A stretch of DNA of 64,000 nucleotides from Candidatus Hermodarchaeota archaeon. GTDB lineage: Archaea > Asgardarchaeota > Lokiarchaeia > Sigyniarchaeales > SOKP01. Location: positions 4,314-68,313 of the forward strand of contig JBHLLO010000006.1 of NCBI GenBank assembly GCA_048885535.1, read 5' to 3'. Each line of letters opens with the position of its first letter. The first letter of the stretch is position 1. The notes under the pieces are model-generated. The model made no database searches, was not told the DNA's origin, and worked only from the letters and a program-made list of their open reading frames with translations. A program made the translations under genes and the position numbers. This document shows positions 19,361 to 29,879 of this stretch, in pieces.

Positions 19361-21185
19361 GCAATCACTTCAAACAGGATATATAACAGCAATTTATGGT
19401 TCAATAATAGAAGTAAAAGGAATAGAAAAAACAGTTAAATTAAATGATTTAATAAAAATTACAGAACAAAATATTCTGGGAGAAGTAATTCAAATTTACA
19501 ATAATTATATTATTGTTCAATGTTATGAAAATACTTATAATTTAAAATTAAACCAAGAAGTTATTAGTCTTCAAGAACCATTATCTATGGAATTGGGGCC
19601 TGGACTTATTACAAGTGTGTTCGATGGGATTCAGAGACCTTTAAATCAAGTCGATGAACAGTTAGATAGTTCATTTCTGCAACGTGGAGTTGAATTACCT
19701 TCACTCTCTAGAACTAAAAAGTGGCATTTTAAACCTGAAAAGAAAATTGGAGAGAAGTTAGAACCAGGAGATATAGTTGGTTCTGTTCAAGAAACACCAT
19801 TAATAGAGCATAAAATCTTGGTTCCAGTGCAGTATTCAGGGATATTATCATTTATTGTTGATGAGGGTGATTATGTTATAACAGATGAAATCTACGGATT
19901 GAAAGAAAATGGAAAGGAACATTCCCTTAATATGTTGCAAAAATGGCCAATAACAATTAGTAGGCCTTATAAAAAGAGAATATCTTTAGAAGAACCTTTA
20001 ATTACGGGAATAAGGGTAATTGATTTACTTTTTCCTATAGCAAAAGGTGGAACAGTAGCAGTTCCAGGAGGCTTTGGTACTGGAAAAACAGTTATTCAAC
20101 AATCATTAGCCAAATGGTCAGATGCTGATATAATTGTATTTGTTGGATGTGGTGAGAGAGGAAACGAAATAGCGGATGTATTAAAAGAATTTTTAAAGAT
20201 AATTGATCCAAAAAGTGGACGTCCTTTAATAGAAAGAATTATAATAATCGCTAACACATCTAATATGCCCGTTTCTGCGAGGGAGGCAAGTATTTTTTCT
20301 GGAGTGACTATAGCAGAGTATTACAGGGATATGGGTTATAATGTTGCAGTTTTAGCTGATAGTACTTCTAGATGGGCAGAATCTTTAAGAGAGATTTCAG
20401 GTTTATTGGAGGAAATGCCCGCAGAGGAGGGATATCCTGCTTATTTGCCTTCGAAAATTTCAAGCTTTTATGAAAGAGCTGGTAAAGTAGAAACATTAGG
20501 AAATCAAGATTCAAAACATAAAAGAATAGGATCTATTACTGTAATTGGCTCAATTTCACCTCCAGCAGGAGACTTTAGTGAACCAGTAACAGCTACAACT
20601 AAGCGATTCGTTCAAGCATTTTGGGCATTGGACGCAAATCTCGCATACTCAAAACATTACCCTGCTATTAATTGGCTGAGTTCATATTCTAATTATTTAG
20701 AATATATCTCTCAATGGTGGTATGAAAGGGACATTCCATGGCCAGAGATTGACATAGATTGGTATCAATGTAGAGAAGAAATAAATACAATCCTATCAAA
20801 AGAAAATGAATTAAGAAATGTTGTTCAGTTAATTGGAGAGGAAAATTTACCTGAAAATCAACAATTAATCATTTTTATTGGAAAATTAATTAGAGAAAGC
20901 TTTCTTGTTCAAAACGCTTTTGACAATATTGATAACTATACTGACACTATCAAGTTGTTAGGTCATGTAAAATTATTATTACTTTTATATTACCAAGCCA
21001 GAGACCTTCTAACTCAAGGATTTCTATTAGAAGATATTAAGACTCTTGAGATTTTAAATGACCTAAGAAGATTAAGTCACACTATTCCTAATAATGAATT
21101 TGATAAAATAGAAAAAATAAAAATTCGATTATTATCAGAGATTCAATCAATGAAATTAGTACGTGGAGGACGAAGAATAAAATGA
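19347..21185 (+). CDS. atpA: A/V-type ATPase catalytic subunit A
   Basis: Walker A GGFGTGKT; GCGERGNE; [13 protein letters not shown]; [16 protein letters not shown]; [10 protein letters not shown]; [11 protein letters not shown]. Confidence 0.96.
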   Translation: MTSSKQSLQTGYITAIYGSIIEVKGIEKTVKLNDLIKITEQNILGEVIQIYNNYIIVQCYENTYNLKLNQEVISLQEPLSMELGPGLITSVFDGIQRPLNQVDEQLDSSFLQRGVELPSLSRTKKWHFKPEKKIGEKLEPGDIVGSVQETPLIEHKILVPVQYSGILSFIVDEGDYVITDEIYGLKENGKEHSLNMLQKWPITISRPYKKRISLEEPLITGIRVIDLLFPIAKGGTVAVPGGFGTGKTVIQQSLAKWSDADIIVFVGCGERGNEIADVLKEFLKIIDPKSGRPLIERIIIIANTSNMPVSAREASIFSGVTIAEYYRDMGYNVAVLADSTSRWAESLREISGLLEEMPAEEGYPAYLPSKISSFYERAGKVETLGNQDSKHKRIGSITVIGSISPPAGDFSEPVTATTKRFVQAFWALDANLAYSKHYPAINWLSSYSNYLEYISQWWYERDIPWPEIDIDWYQCREEINTILSKENELRNVVQLIGEENLPENQQLIIFIGKLIRESFLVQNAFDNIDNYTDTIKLLGHVKLLLLLYYQARDLLTQGFLLEDIKTLEILNDLRRLSHTIPNNEFDKIEKIKIRLLSEIQSMKLVRGGRRIK

Positions 21186-22570
21186 GTGTCATTTATAAAA
21201 ATATTCAACAAATCGTGGGACCATTAATCTTTTTGAAAAATGAACATCAGGTACAATATGGAGAAATTGTTCATATTCAATCTGAAGATAAAGTGTTTAG
21301 AACTGGTCAAGTGGTAAAAATAAGTGAAAATAGTATTGTTATTGAAGTCTTCCAAAATACTAAAGGGTTATCTAGTGAAAATTCAAAAATATTCTTCACA
21401 GAAAGCACATTCAAAATAAAAATTTCCGAAAATGATATGTTTGGGAGAACTTTTAATTCTTTGGGAAAACCATTTGACATTTTTACTAAAAAAATTTTAG
21501 ACACAAATATGATTTCAAACGTTGAGTTAGATATTTATGGAACTCCTATTAATCCTTATTCCAGAGAATACCCCTCAGAAATTATCCAAACAGGTATATC
21601 TGTAATAGATGGTCTTTTTACCTTAATTAGAGGGCAAAAATTGCCTATTTTCAGTGCACAGGGGTTACCTCATAATAAATTAGCTACACAAATAGTAACT
21701 CAAGCAAAAGTGTTGACTGAAGAACCATTTTTAATTATATTCTGTGGAATTGGAATTATTGAGGATGAAGCAATAAGTTTCTTAAAAGCATTTAGAGAAA
21801 GCGGAAATATTCAAAATATTATTTCCTTTATAAATTTAGCATCTGACCCCATAATGGAAAGGTTAATTATTCCTCGTGTTGCGTTAACAACAGCAGAATA
21901 TTTTGCATTTGAAAAAGATATGCATGTTCTTGTTGTATTGATTGATATGGCGAGCTATGTCGAAGCCCTACGAGAATTAAGTTCTGCAAAAGAAGAAATA
22001 CCTAGCAGGAAGGGATATCCAGGATATTTATATTCTGATTTGGCTTCAATTTTTGAAAGAACTGGTAAATTAAAGGGAAGAAAGGGGTCAATTACGCAAA
22101 TTCCGATTTTAACTATGCCCAATGACGATATTTCACACCCCATTCCTGATACTACTGGTTATATTACTGAAGGACAACTAGTTTTGAACCGAGAGTTAGA
22201 CAAAAAAGCTATTTATCCTCCTTTTGAAGTATTAGCATCAATTTCAAGGTTAATGAAAGACGCGATTGGAAAGAACACCACTCGGGAAGATCATGGTGAT
22301 CTTAGCTCTCAACTGTTAGCATCATATTCGGAAGCTCTTGAAGCAAGAGATTTATTATCAGTGGTAGGAGAAGATGGTTTGACTTTAGATCAAAAATTGT
22401 TATTAAAGTTTGGGGAGGATTTTGAACAAATATTCCTAAATCAAAATCCAAATGAAAACCGCAGTTTTAATCAAACTTTTACAAGAGCATGGAGAGTTCT
22501 TTCAAATTTATCTAGAGATCAATTGTTTAGAATTCATCAAGAATTTATTGATAAATATTACGTTAAATAG
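21182..22570 (+). CDS. atpB: A/V-type ATPase subunit B
   Basis: LIRGQKLPIFS, ERLIIPRVALTTAEY, PSRKGYPGYLYSDLA, MPNDDISHPIPDTTGYITEGQ. Confidence 0.96.
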   Translation: MSVIYKNIQQIVGPLIFLKNEHQVQYGEIVHIQSEDKVFRTGQVVKISENSIVIEVFQNTKGLSSENSKIFFTESTFKIKISENDMFGRTFNSLGKPFDIFTKKILDTNMISNVELDIYGTPINPYSREYPSEIIQTGISVIDGLFTLIRGQKLPIFSAQGLPHNKLATQIVTQAKVLTEEPFLIIFCGIGIIEDEAISFLKAFRESGNIQNIISFINLASDPIMERLIIPRVALTTAEYFAFEKDMHVLVVLIDMASYVEALRELSSAKEEIPSRKGYPGYLYSDLASIFERTGKLKGRKGSITQIPILTMPNDDISHPIPDTTGYITEGQLVLNRELDKKAIYPPFEVLASISRLMKDAIGKNTTREDHGDLSSQLLASYSEALEARDLLSVVGEDGLTLDQKLLLKFGEDFEQIFLNQNPNENRSFNQTFTRAWRVLSNLSRDQLFRIHQEFIDKYYVK

Positions 22571-22579
22571 GTGTTTATA

Positions 22580-23242
22580 ATAAGTTTTAAAGAATTGAAA
22601 CCAACAAAAACAAACCTAATTAGCTTAAAGAAAAAGCTAATCTTTGCTAAAAAAGGGGAATCATTTTTAGAATTTAAGCGTGAACAATTGATAACTCAAA
22701 TTAAAGACAATTGGAATTTATATCAAGAAAAATTAAAAAATTTTATAAAATCATATCAAAAGAACTTAATATTAATTAATGATGCATACAAGGAAATGGG
22801 TAAACGAGACTTCGTCTTAATTAGCAATTTAAGCAAAATTCAGTATAATCCAACAATAAACATCAAATATATAAAAAATATTGGCATTACCTCGCATAAT
22901 TTAGAATACGATTTAAATCGGATGGGTAAACTTCCTGCTTATTCCTTCGAAAATACAAGTCACTTTATAGATGAATTAATGCCTTCTTTGGAAAACCTTT
23001 TTAAAATTCTAATAGATTTTGCAGAATTTGAAGACTTTTTTTTCCAGTTAGCTTTAAATTTCAAAAAAATAAATCGAAGAATCAATGGATTAAAGAATTT
23101 GATTATACCTTCCCTCTTAAAAGATATTAAAAAAGTAAAAGAAATTCTAGAAGAATTGGATCGTGAAAATTTTGTGAGACTAAAAAAAACAAAAGAATTA
23201 ATTAATAAAAAGGAAATTAAACAACTTGGAGGGCTTATTTAA
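22580..23242 (+). CDS. atpD: A/V-type ATPase subunit D (start probably ATA 22580; ORF track uses GTG 22571)
   Basis: KPTKTNLISLKKKL...LEFKREQL; RRINGL..LIIP; LEELDRENFVRLKK. AGGTG SD at 22569-22573. Confidence 0.9.
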   Translation: MSFKELKPTKTNLISLKKKLIFAKKGESFLEFKREQLITQIKDNWNLYQEKLKNFIKSYQKNLILINDAYKEMGKRDFVLISNLSKIQYNPTINIKYIKNIGITSHNLEYDLNRMGKLPAYSFENTSHFIDELMPSLENLFKILIDFAEFEDFFFQLALNFKKINRRINGLKNLIIPSLLKDIKKVKEILEELDRENFVRLKKTKELINKKEIKQLGGLI

Positions 23243-25572
23243 TGACTCTTAAAACTCAAATGAGTCTATTCAAGATAGGAATCAATAGACATGATAAGGA
23301 TAGTCTTTTAAATGTACTTTCGTCTATTCATAATATTCATATTAAAGCACAGGAAAAATTTATTCCTGGTAAAAAAATTGAAGAAAAGGATCCATTCTTT
23401 AAAGTAGTAAAAAATCTGAGACAGAATTTAGACTCTTTATTTAAAAAACTTGATGTTAATGAAACTGATTTTCAGGATATAAAAATAATTGACCCTGATA
23501 AAAGATTTGAATTTATAGTAAAAGATCTTCCTGAATTGGTGGGTAAATCCTTAGAGGAAATAAACTTTTATAATAATAGGATCAATGAATTGGATAGATA
23601 TATCACAAAAGCAAAAATAGAATTAGAAAACATACAAATAATTAAATCTAGTTATACATTTTTGGAACAGTTTAACTTAACGAGAGACAGCCTCTCAAGT
23701 TTCAAAAGTTTAACTTTTAAAGTCTTTACTACTTTTAAAAAGAACATTGAAAATTTTAAAACCCTTTTTCAGTTTGACTCATTTCCTAATGTACACCAAA
23801 CTGATGAACTCTTTCCAAATGCATATAGATTAGAAGACAGAGTTACCTTTTATGTAATTTTTCCCAGAGATCAAGAAGATAATTTACGAGAGAGAATAAA
23901 TCTTATTCATGCTGAAGAGGTTCCCATTTTAAAGAAATACTTAACTCAAGACACAATAAACTTTACGCGAATTAATAATGAAATTGATATAATTAATACA
24001 ACTCTCATGAAATACGAAAAAGAGAGGGCTTCATTAAAGGATCAAAATTTGAATAAATTTGCAGCTTTAGATGAAGTAGTTCAAAATATTGAAGATTATC
24101 ACTGGGCAGAACAACAATTTGAAGAAATCTCAAATGAACAACTGACTATTAATTTCTTTCTTCCTTCAAAAAGAAAGAAAGAGGTAGAACAACTATTAAT
24201 TAATTCTTTTAAAAATAAAATAATGATAAAAATATTTGATATCCCTAGATTTCATGAAATAAAGGATTTAGATCGAATAGAACCTAAATTCGAGCAAGAG
24301 AATTATTTAAAAGATAGAAATAGAGAGATAGAAGTTAACGAAGAAGAAAAAACAGAAAAAGATTTAAGAGCAACAGTTCCAACAATTATGAGAAATCCCT
24401 GGTTTATCAGACCTTTTGAATTAATCACAAGAATGTATGGGATTCCTTCATATTCTGAAGTTGATCCTACTCCTTTTTTAGCTTTTACATTTCCTTTTAT
24501 CTTTGGATTGATGTTCGGAGATATTGGTCATGGTTTTTGCTTAATCATTGCTGGTATTTTAGGAGGTATAATTTTTAGAAAAAAGAATACTGGTAAATTT
24601 AGTTGGATAATATTTTATTGCGGGATAGGGGCAGTCTTAGGGGGGATATTTTATGGTGAATTTTTTGGATATGAAGAATTCTTTGGTATACCTTTAGAGC
24701 CAATTTTTATTCCCATCCCCTTTTTAGGACCTGTGAATTTGTATAATCCGATTGAAAATATTCAAAATGTTTTTAAATTTGCCCTTTTTGTTGGAGTAAT
24801 CCATATTAATTTAGGTTGGTTCCTTGAGTTTATTAATTACGTTAGACAAGGAAAGAAGTATTTAGCATTTTCAAATTCATTTATGAAAATATGTTTATTA
24901 ACTGGAGGTACATATTTGATTTTTCAATATGGCATAAATCTTACGATTTGGTTATCGCCAGCATATATACCTACCTTTTGGGGCACAATATTGCTCCCAT
25001 CACCTATCTTATTAGTTATTATTCCAGGTATTATGTTAATAATATTAAAACCGTTTGGTAAAATATTACGGATTTCTTATCTAAAAAAGGAATCATACTG
25101 GGCATTGATGGGTGAGGGCACTCTGGAAACATTTGAAACTGCTTTATCAATACTAAGTAATGTAGCATCCTATATACGGTTGTTAGCATTAGCACTTGCT
25201 CATATTGCTTTAATGATTTCTATACAGGCATTATCAAGTTTGTTAATAGGTGAGGGAACCCTATATGAAATATTCAAATTTTTAGGATTATTATTAGGCA
25301 ATATTATCGTAATCTTATTAGAAGGCATCCTGGTTTTTATTAACACAATTCGACTTCACTTTTATGAATTTTTCTTTAAGTTTTATAAAGGTACTGGTAC
25401 AGAATTTTTTCCCTTTTATTTAGATAATAATTATTCTAAAATTACTTTTAGAGCATATCTTGAGAAAGATTTGATTTCTGAGGAAATAGAAAAGGAAATC
25501 GAGCCTGAGAAAGCAAAACAAGATATCGATGAAGCTATAAAATATATTGAAAAAAAATATTTCAAAAGTTGA
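23242..25572 (+). CDS. atpI: A/V-type ATPase membrane subunit I (a)
   Basis: P.YSEVDPTP; FGLMFGDIGHG; SNVASYIRLLAL (essential Arg); IRLHFYEFF.KFY.G.G. Confidence 0.95.
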   Translation: MTLKTQMSLFKIGINRHDKDSLLNVLSSIHNIHIKAQEKFIPGKKIEEKDPFFKVVKNLRQNLDSLFKKLDVNETDFQDIKIIDPDKRFEFIVKDLPELVGKSLEEINFYNNRINELDRYITKAKIELENIQIIKSSYTFLEQFNLTRDSLSSFKSLTFKVFTTFKKNIENFKTLFQFDSFPNVHQTDELFPNAYRLEDRVTFYVIFPRDQEDNLRERINLIHAEEVPILKKYLTQDTINFTRINNEIDIINTTLMKYEKERASLKDQNLNKFAALDEVVQNIEDYHWAEQQFEEISNEQLTINFFLPSKRKKEVEQLLINSFKNKIMIKIFDIPRFHEIKDLDRIEPKFEQENYLKDRNREIEVNEEEKTEKDLRATVPTIMRNPWFIRPFELITRMYGIPSYSEVDPTPFLAFTFPFIFGLMFGDIGHGFCLIIAGILGGIIFRKKNTGKFSWIIFYCGIGAVLGGIFYGEFFGYEEFFGIPLEPIFIPIPFLGPVNLYNPIENIQNVFKFALFVGVIHINLGWFLEFINYVRQGKKYLAFSNSFMKICLLTGGTYLIFQYGINLTIWLSPAYIPTFWGTILLPSPILLVIIPGIMLIILKPFGKILRISYLKKESYWALMGEGTLETFETALSILSNVASYIRLLALALAHIALMISIQALSSLLIGEGTLYEIFKFLGLLLGNIIVILLEGILVFINTIRLHFYEFFFKFYKGTGTEFFPFYLDNNYSKITFRAYLEKDLISEEIEKEIEPEKAKQDIDEAIKYIEKKYFKS

Positions 25573-25591
25573 TAGAGTAAGGTCTTAGTAA

Positions 25592-26035
25592 GTGGACAAA
25601 ATATCCCAAAAAAGAAAGATGCTTAATAAAAAAGCAATAATTATTCGTTTGATTTTCATTGTTTTTTATATAGTAATTCTTTTTTTTATATACTTATTTT
25701 TAGTTAATATTAACATTCAATATTGGATTATTATTATTATCCTCCTTTTTTTAATTCTAGTAGTTGTTGGACCTCTTATCACTGGAATTTCAAAATCAAT
25801 GTATCGTCAAAAGTTTCCAAAAAAAGAAAAAGGAAAGAAATCAGATTATCAACTTTATAAAGAACAGTTGCAAAGTAAATCTAAAGATAACGAATTAAAA
25901 GTTAAAGAAATAACGACAGTTAATTTAGATTTCAAATATAAAAAATCCATTATTAGAAGATGCACAAGTTGTGGAATAACAATTCCTAATTTTGTTAAAG
26001 TTTGCCCTTATTGTGGAAAAACTATATTGGATTAA
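25592..26035 (+). CDS. Two-TM membrane protein with C-terminal zinc ribbon
   Basis: Two hydrophobic helices; C-terminal CTSCG...CPYCG. Confidence 0.7.
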   Translation: MDKISQKRKMLNKKAIIIRLIFIVFYIVILFFIYLFLVNINIQYWIIIIILLFLILVVVGPLITGISKSMYRQKFPKKEKGKKSDYQLYKEQLQSKSKDNELKVKEITTVNLDFKYKKSIIRRCTSCGITIPNFVKVCPYCGKTILD

Positions 26036-26634
26036 GGTTTAAACCATTCAAAGAAATAGTAACTTTTTGTTAATGGATTTGCAATTACAAATTTTTTTCT
26101 AACTGATGTTGCCAAGCGTCCTGCCCTTACCATGTCTACTGCAGTTATTTTAGCATCATGAGGTAAAACGTGAACAATAAAAGGAGAATGTTCTAAGCCT
26201 GGTCCTTTCTTATATACTACAAAATCTGCACCAAACTTTAATCCTGGTCTTGGAATATATCCTTTCTCCCTTAAGTCTTGATATATTATCGATTTTTCCT
26301 CAAATTTGTGATGTATCTTTTTTGCGATTTCACCAAATTCTTCTAATGTTAGATATTTGTCCTCCAGAGGATCAAAAATAGATATCTTTCCTTTTTGCAA
26401 TAAATAATATGCTTCTTCTATTGATAATTCAGAAGGTTTCGAAAAATATTCTAAACGTGGTTTACTAATTCCAAGTGGAGAACCAAAAAATTTTTGCTTC
26501 ACATATAAATATGAGGCATGAACTGGGTCAAAAACAATTATTCTTGAATTTATAAATTTAGTAGGAATTTTTTCGGGTAAGTCGTCTTCATTAATATCAT
26601 CTAGGGAAATTTGGCTTTTCTGTTCTTCATTCAT
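26032..26634 (-). CDS. endA: tRNA-intron endonuclease (single-unit catalytic subunit)
   Basis: LSIEEAYYL; YQDLREKGY; GLKFGADFVVY, PGLEHS and RKK (Tyr/His/Lys triad). Confidence 0.93.
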   Translation of the reverse strand: MNEEQKSQISLDDINEDDLPEKIPTKFINSRIIVFDPVHASYLYVKQKFFGSPLGISKPRLEYFSKPSELSIEEAYYLLQKGKISIFDPLEDKYLTLEEFGEIAKKIHHKFEEKSIIYQDLREKGYIPRPGLKFGADFVVYKKGPGLEHSPFIVHVLPHDAKITAVDMVRAGRLATSVRKKFVIANPLTKSYYFFEWFKP

Positions 26635-26760
26635 TAAGATAGAATCATTAAATATACTTTAATAAATCTTTCAATTTCATAAAAAGAGTATTAACAATAA
26701 AAATTTTAAAAATGAATAATCTTAGTTTTAAGTATAAAAGAAAATTAAATGTGATTAATA

Positions 26761-27645
26761 ATGACTATCAGACAAGCTTCAAATGCTGGCCAATTTTATC
26801 CAAGCAACAAATCAGCTTTGCTTGAGATCATAAAGCAATCATTTTTAGATAACCAATTTGGTCCAGGTAAGGAAATTCAAACCCTAAATCAGGATACTAG
26901 AACAATTATAGGAGGAATATCCCCTCATGCGGGATATATATATTCTGGCTGCTGTGCTGCCTTCACATTTTTAAATCTATTTAAAGAAAAAATCCCAGAT
27001 ACTATTCTAGTTCTCGGTACTGATCATATTGGTTATGGTGGAGTTGCTCTAATGGATGAAGGAGAATGGGAAACTCCATTGGGTAATTTATCTATTGATA
27101 CAACATTATCTGGAAAAATATTAGATATTAGCAGTGAGATTAAAAAAGATGAATCGGCATTTGTTGGATATCCATTTAGAAGAGAACATAATATTGAAGT
27201 ACAACTTCCATTTATAAAATATTGTTCGGGTGATAAAGACATAAAAGTAATTCCAATAGTAGTATCTACAAGAGATTATACCGTGCTAGAGAATTTAGCA
27301 GAAGATATATCCAAAGCAATTAAAACATATGATAAAGATGTAGTTATTATAGCATCATCTGATATGACTCATAGGGAAATACATGGCACGGATCAGTTGA
27401 AGAAATTTAAGGAAGGAGATCAAAAAGTTATTGATTCATTTGTAGAGTTAAATCCTTCAAAAACATTTAAGGCTGCATTAGAAACCACTGTATGTGGTCC
27501 TCAGACAATTACAGCACTAATGCTAATTTGTAAGAACCTAGATGCAATTGAGGGTAAGTTATTAAAATATTATACTAGCTCTGAAAAAACTGGAAATTTT
27601 TATGGATACTGTGTTGGATATTTTTCTGGGATAATTATTAAATAA
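26761..27645 (+). CDS. MEMO1 family protein (AmmeMemoRadiSam protein B-like)
   Basis: AGQFYP, PHAGYIYSG, GTDH, REHNIEVQLPF, SSDMTH, CG. Confidence 0.92.
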   Translation: MTIRQASNAGQFYPSNKSALLEIIKQSFLDNQFGPGKEIQTLNQDTRTIIGGISPHAGYIYSGCCAAFTFLNLFKEKIPDTILVLGTDHIGYGGVALMDEGEWETPLGNLSIDTTLSGKILDISSEIKKDESAFVGYPFRREHNIEVQLPFIKYCSGDKDIKVIPIVVSTRDYTVLENLAEDISKAIKTYDKDVVIIASSDMTHREIHGTDQLKKFKEGDQKVIDSFVELNPSKTFKAALETTVCGPQTITALMLICKNLDAIEGKLLKYYTSSEKTGNFYGYCVGYFSGIIIK

Positions 27646-27688
27646 GGGATTATATTATTATTATGATTAAAATATTTTTTTAAGAGTT

Positions 27689-28768
27689 ATGCCCGACGAA
27701 AATGATGAAAAAGTAGAAGATTTTATTAGTCTTTGGAAGAAAAAGATGGATTCTGATAAAAATCCTTCTGTTATTGGAGACACGCTAAATAAAATAAAAG
27801 CACTTGAGAAAGAAAATGAAGAACTTAGGAATAAAATCTCTCAAAATATAGATTTGATAAGTAGATCAGAAGAAATTATCAGAAAAACTGTTGAAGAGAA
27901 TGAAAGATTAAAATCAGAAAGAAACAACGCCGCCTCAGGATCCAGCACAAGATTAAAGGAATTAGAGAGTGAAAATCTTGAATTAAGTAATAAAGTAAAG
28001 AGTATGGTAAAATTACTCCTTGAAAAGGATGAAGAAATTAAAACTAAAGAAGATGAATTATCAAGATTGAAAGCAACTGGCGTAAGTTCAGACTCTACTG
28101 TAAATGAAGCACTAATCAATGATTTAAGAACAGAATTGGCTAAAAAAACTTCTCAGATTTCAGAATTACAATCAAAAATCATAGAATTGACTGAAGAAAA
28201 TGAAGTTATAAATCAACAGTTAATTGAGAAAATTAAAAGTCTCCCAATTGACTATGTAGTACCAGTAGAACAAGTTGAAACTCCAGTAATTAAACCGAAA
28301 CCTCCTGTTTCTTCTTCTCAACCCTTAGAACAACTTTGTCAAGACTTACAGACAGAATTAAATAAATATAAAAGAGTTGTTGAAAAATTAACTAAAGAAA
28401 AGTCTGAACTTAAGGAGCTGGTGGGAGAAAAAGGATTAAAATTCGATCCAGCAGAAATCATGAATTTAAAGTCTGAAAATGAGACTCTAAAAAACGAACT
28501 AACCGAATTACAAAAATCTTTGCAAAAAGAAATAAAAACTCCTTCACAAGAACCATCATTGGAAATTGAGGAAAAGATTAAAGAACTAGAAAGTAAACTA
28601 AGAGAAAAAGATGAATTGATTACACAATTAAAATTAACAAAATTAGCAGAGGAAGGATCTGGACCTGGACCCATGGCTAACCTTGTAGAAGAACTGCAAA
28701 AAAATATTAACAAGTTAAAAACCACTATTCAAGAAAAAGATCAGAAAATAAAAGAATTACAAAAATAA
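27689..28768 (+). CDS. Long coiled-coil protein with Pro-rich hinges
   Basis: 359 aa, E/K/L-rich heptad pattern broken by PIDYVVPVEQVETPVIKPKPP and GSGPGP. Confidence 0.75.
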   Translation: MPDENDEKVEDFISLWKKKMDSDKNPSVIGDTLNKIKALEKENEELRNKISQNIDLISRSEEIIRKTVEENERLKSERNNAASGSSTRLKELESENLELSNKVKSMVKLLLEKDEEIKTKEDELSRLKATGVSSDSTVNEALINDLRTELAKKTSQISELQSKIIELTEENEVINQQLIEKIKSLPIDYVVPVEQVETPVIKPKPPVSSSQPLEQLCQDLQTELNKYKRVVEKLTKEKSELKELVGEKGLKFDPAEIMNLKSENETLKNELTELQKSLQKEIKTPSQEPSLEIEEKIKELESKLREKDELITQLKLTKLAEEGSGPGPMANLVEELQKNINKLKTTIQEKDQKIKELQK

Positions 28769-28883
28769 ATCGGTCTTTAATTTCCCCTCTTAAATAAGAA
28801 AAAATTTTGCCTAATTACTTTTTTTAGAATTATGAATTCATTACAAAAGTTTTTTCAATAATAAGAGATTAAAAATAGAAAAC

Positions 28884-29879
28884 ATGAGTGAAAAAAAACA
28901 CTTAACATTTTTATTTATTGGTCATTTAGCTGTCGACTCAATAATTCGTTTTAAAAAAATAAGAAAACCCACTCTGGGAGGAAGTGTATCTTTTGGCTCA
29001 TTAGCATTAAGGAAATACGATCAAGATGAATCTATTAGAATAGTATCCAGTTTGGGGATGTTAAATTTTAATGTAGAACTATTAAGTTTATTAAAAGATA
29101 ATAATATTGATTTAAGAGCTATTAAATCATTTGAGACTGAAAATACAAAATTTGTATTGGATTATGTTAATCATTCAAGAACCTTAACCCTTAAAGCTAA
29201 GAGTCCCGACCTTAGATTTGAGGATTTTCCTGAGGATATTATTGCAAATAAACCTGATGTGATTGTATTAGTTCCATTATGTAACGAAATATCTTACGAT
29301 TATGTGTCTAAAATCGTAGAAGCCTTTCCAGATGTATATATAGGTTTAGACTTACAAGGTTTTATTAGATATATTACTAATGGTGGCATTGTTTCATATG
29401 TATGGAACGAGGATTTAATACAAAATATGAGTGCAATTATTGATTTAATTGGAGATAGAATAATATTGAAAGGATCAGAAATAGAAATGAAGTTATTATC
29501 TAAGAATGATAACTTAGATGAAGTTATGTATTACTTTAACAATTTTAATAATAATGGGATTTTTATCATGACTCTTGGTGAAGCAGGTTCAAGGGTTATT
29601 AAAAAAGGACAAGAAATAATGAAAATTCCCGCATTTAAAGCTAAAAAAGTTGTTGATGAAACTGGAGCAGGAGATGTTTATTTAGCAATCTTTTTACATG
29701 AATTTCTTAATTCTAATATGTCTTGGGAAGCTATTAAGAATTCTGCTTATTTAGCATCAGCAGCAGCTTCATTTCTAGTTGAAAAAAAAGGTCCTGATGG
29801 ATTTCAATGTAAATCAAAAGTATTAAAACGAGTAGAAAAAAAAAATTATATCAATTCAGGTGATTTTAAATACATATAA
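28884..29879 (+). CDS. PfkB/ribokinase family carbohydrate kinase
   Basis: GH..D, GGSVSFG, MTLGEAGS, VDETGAGDVY signature. Confidence 0.88.
   Translation: MSEKKHLTFLFIGHLAVDSIIRFKKIRKPTLGGSVSFGSLALRKYDQDESIRIVSSLGMLNFNVELLSLLKDNNIDLRAIKSFETENTKFVLDYVNHSRTLTLKAKSPDLRFEDFPEDIIANKPDVIVLVPLCNEISYDYVSKIVEAFPDVYIGLDLQGFIRYITNGGIVSYVWNEDLIQNMSAIIDLIGDRIILKGSEIEMKLLSKNDNLDEVMYYFNNFNNNGIFIMTLGEAGSRVIKKGQEIMKIPAFKAKKVVDETGAGDVYLAIFLHEFLNSNMSWEAIKNSAYLASAAASFLVEKKGPDGFQCKSKVLKRVEKKNYINSGDFKYI

Noticed and set aside
18620-22573. In-frame UAG junctions atpF/atpE and atpB/atpD as readthrough or pyrrolysine fusions
   Set aside because: Each downstream gene has its own SD-like site, no pyl genes are in the window, and in-frame adjacency is common by chance.
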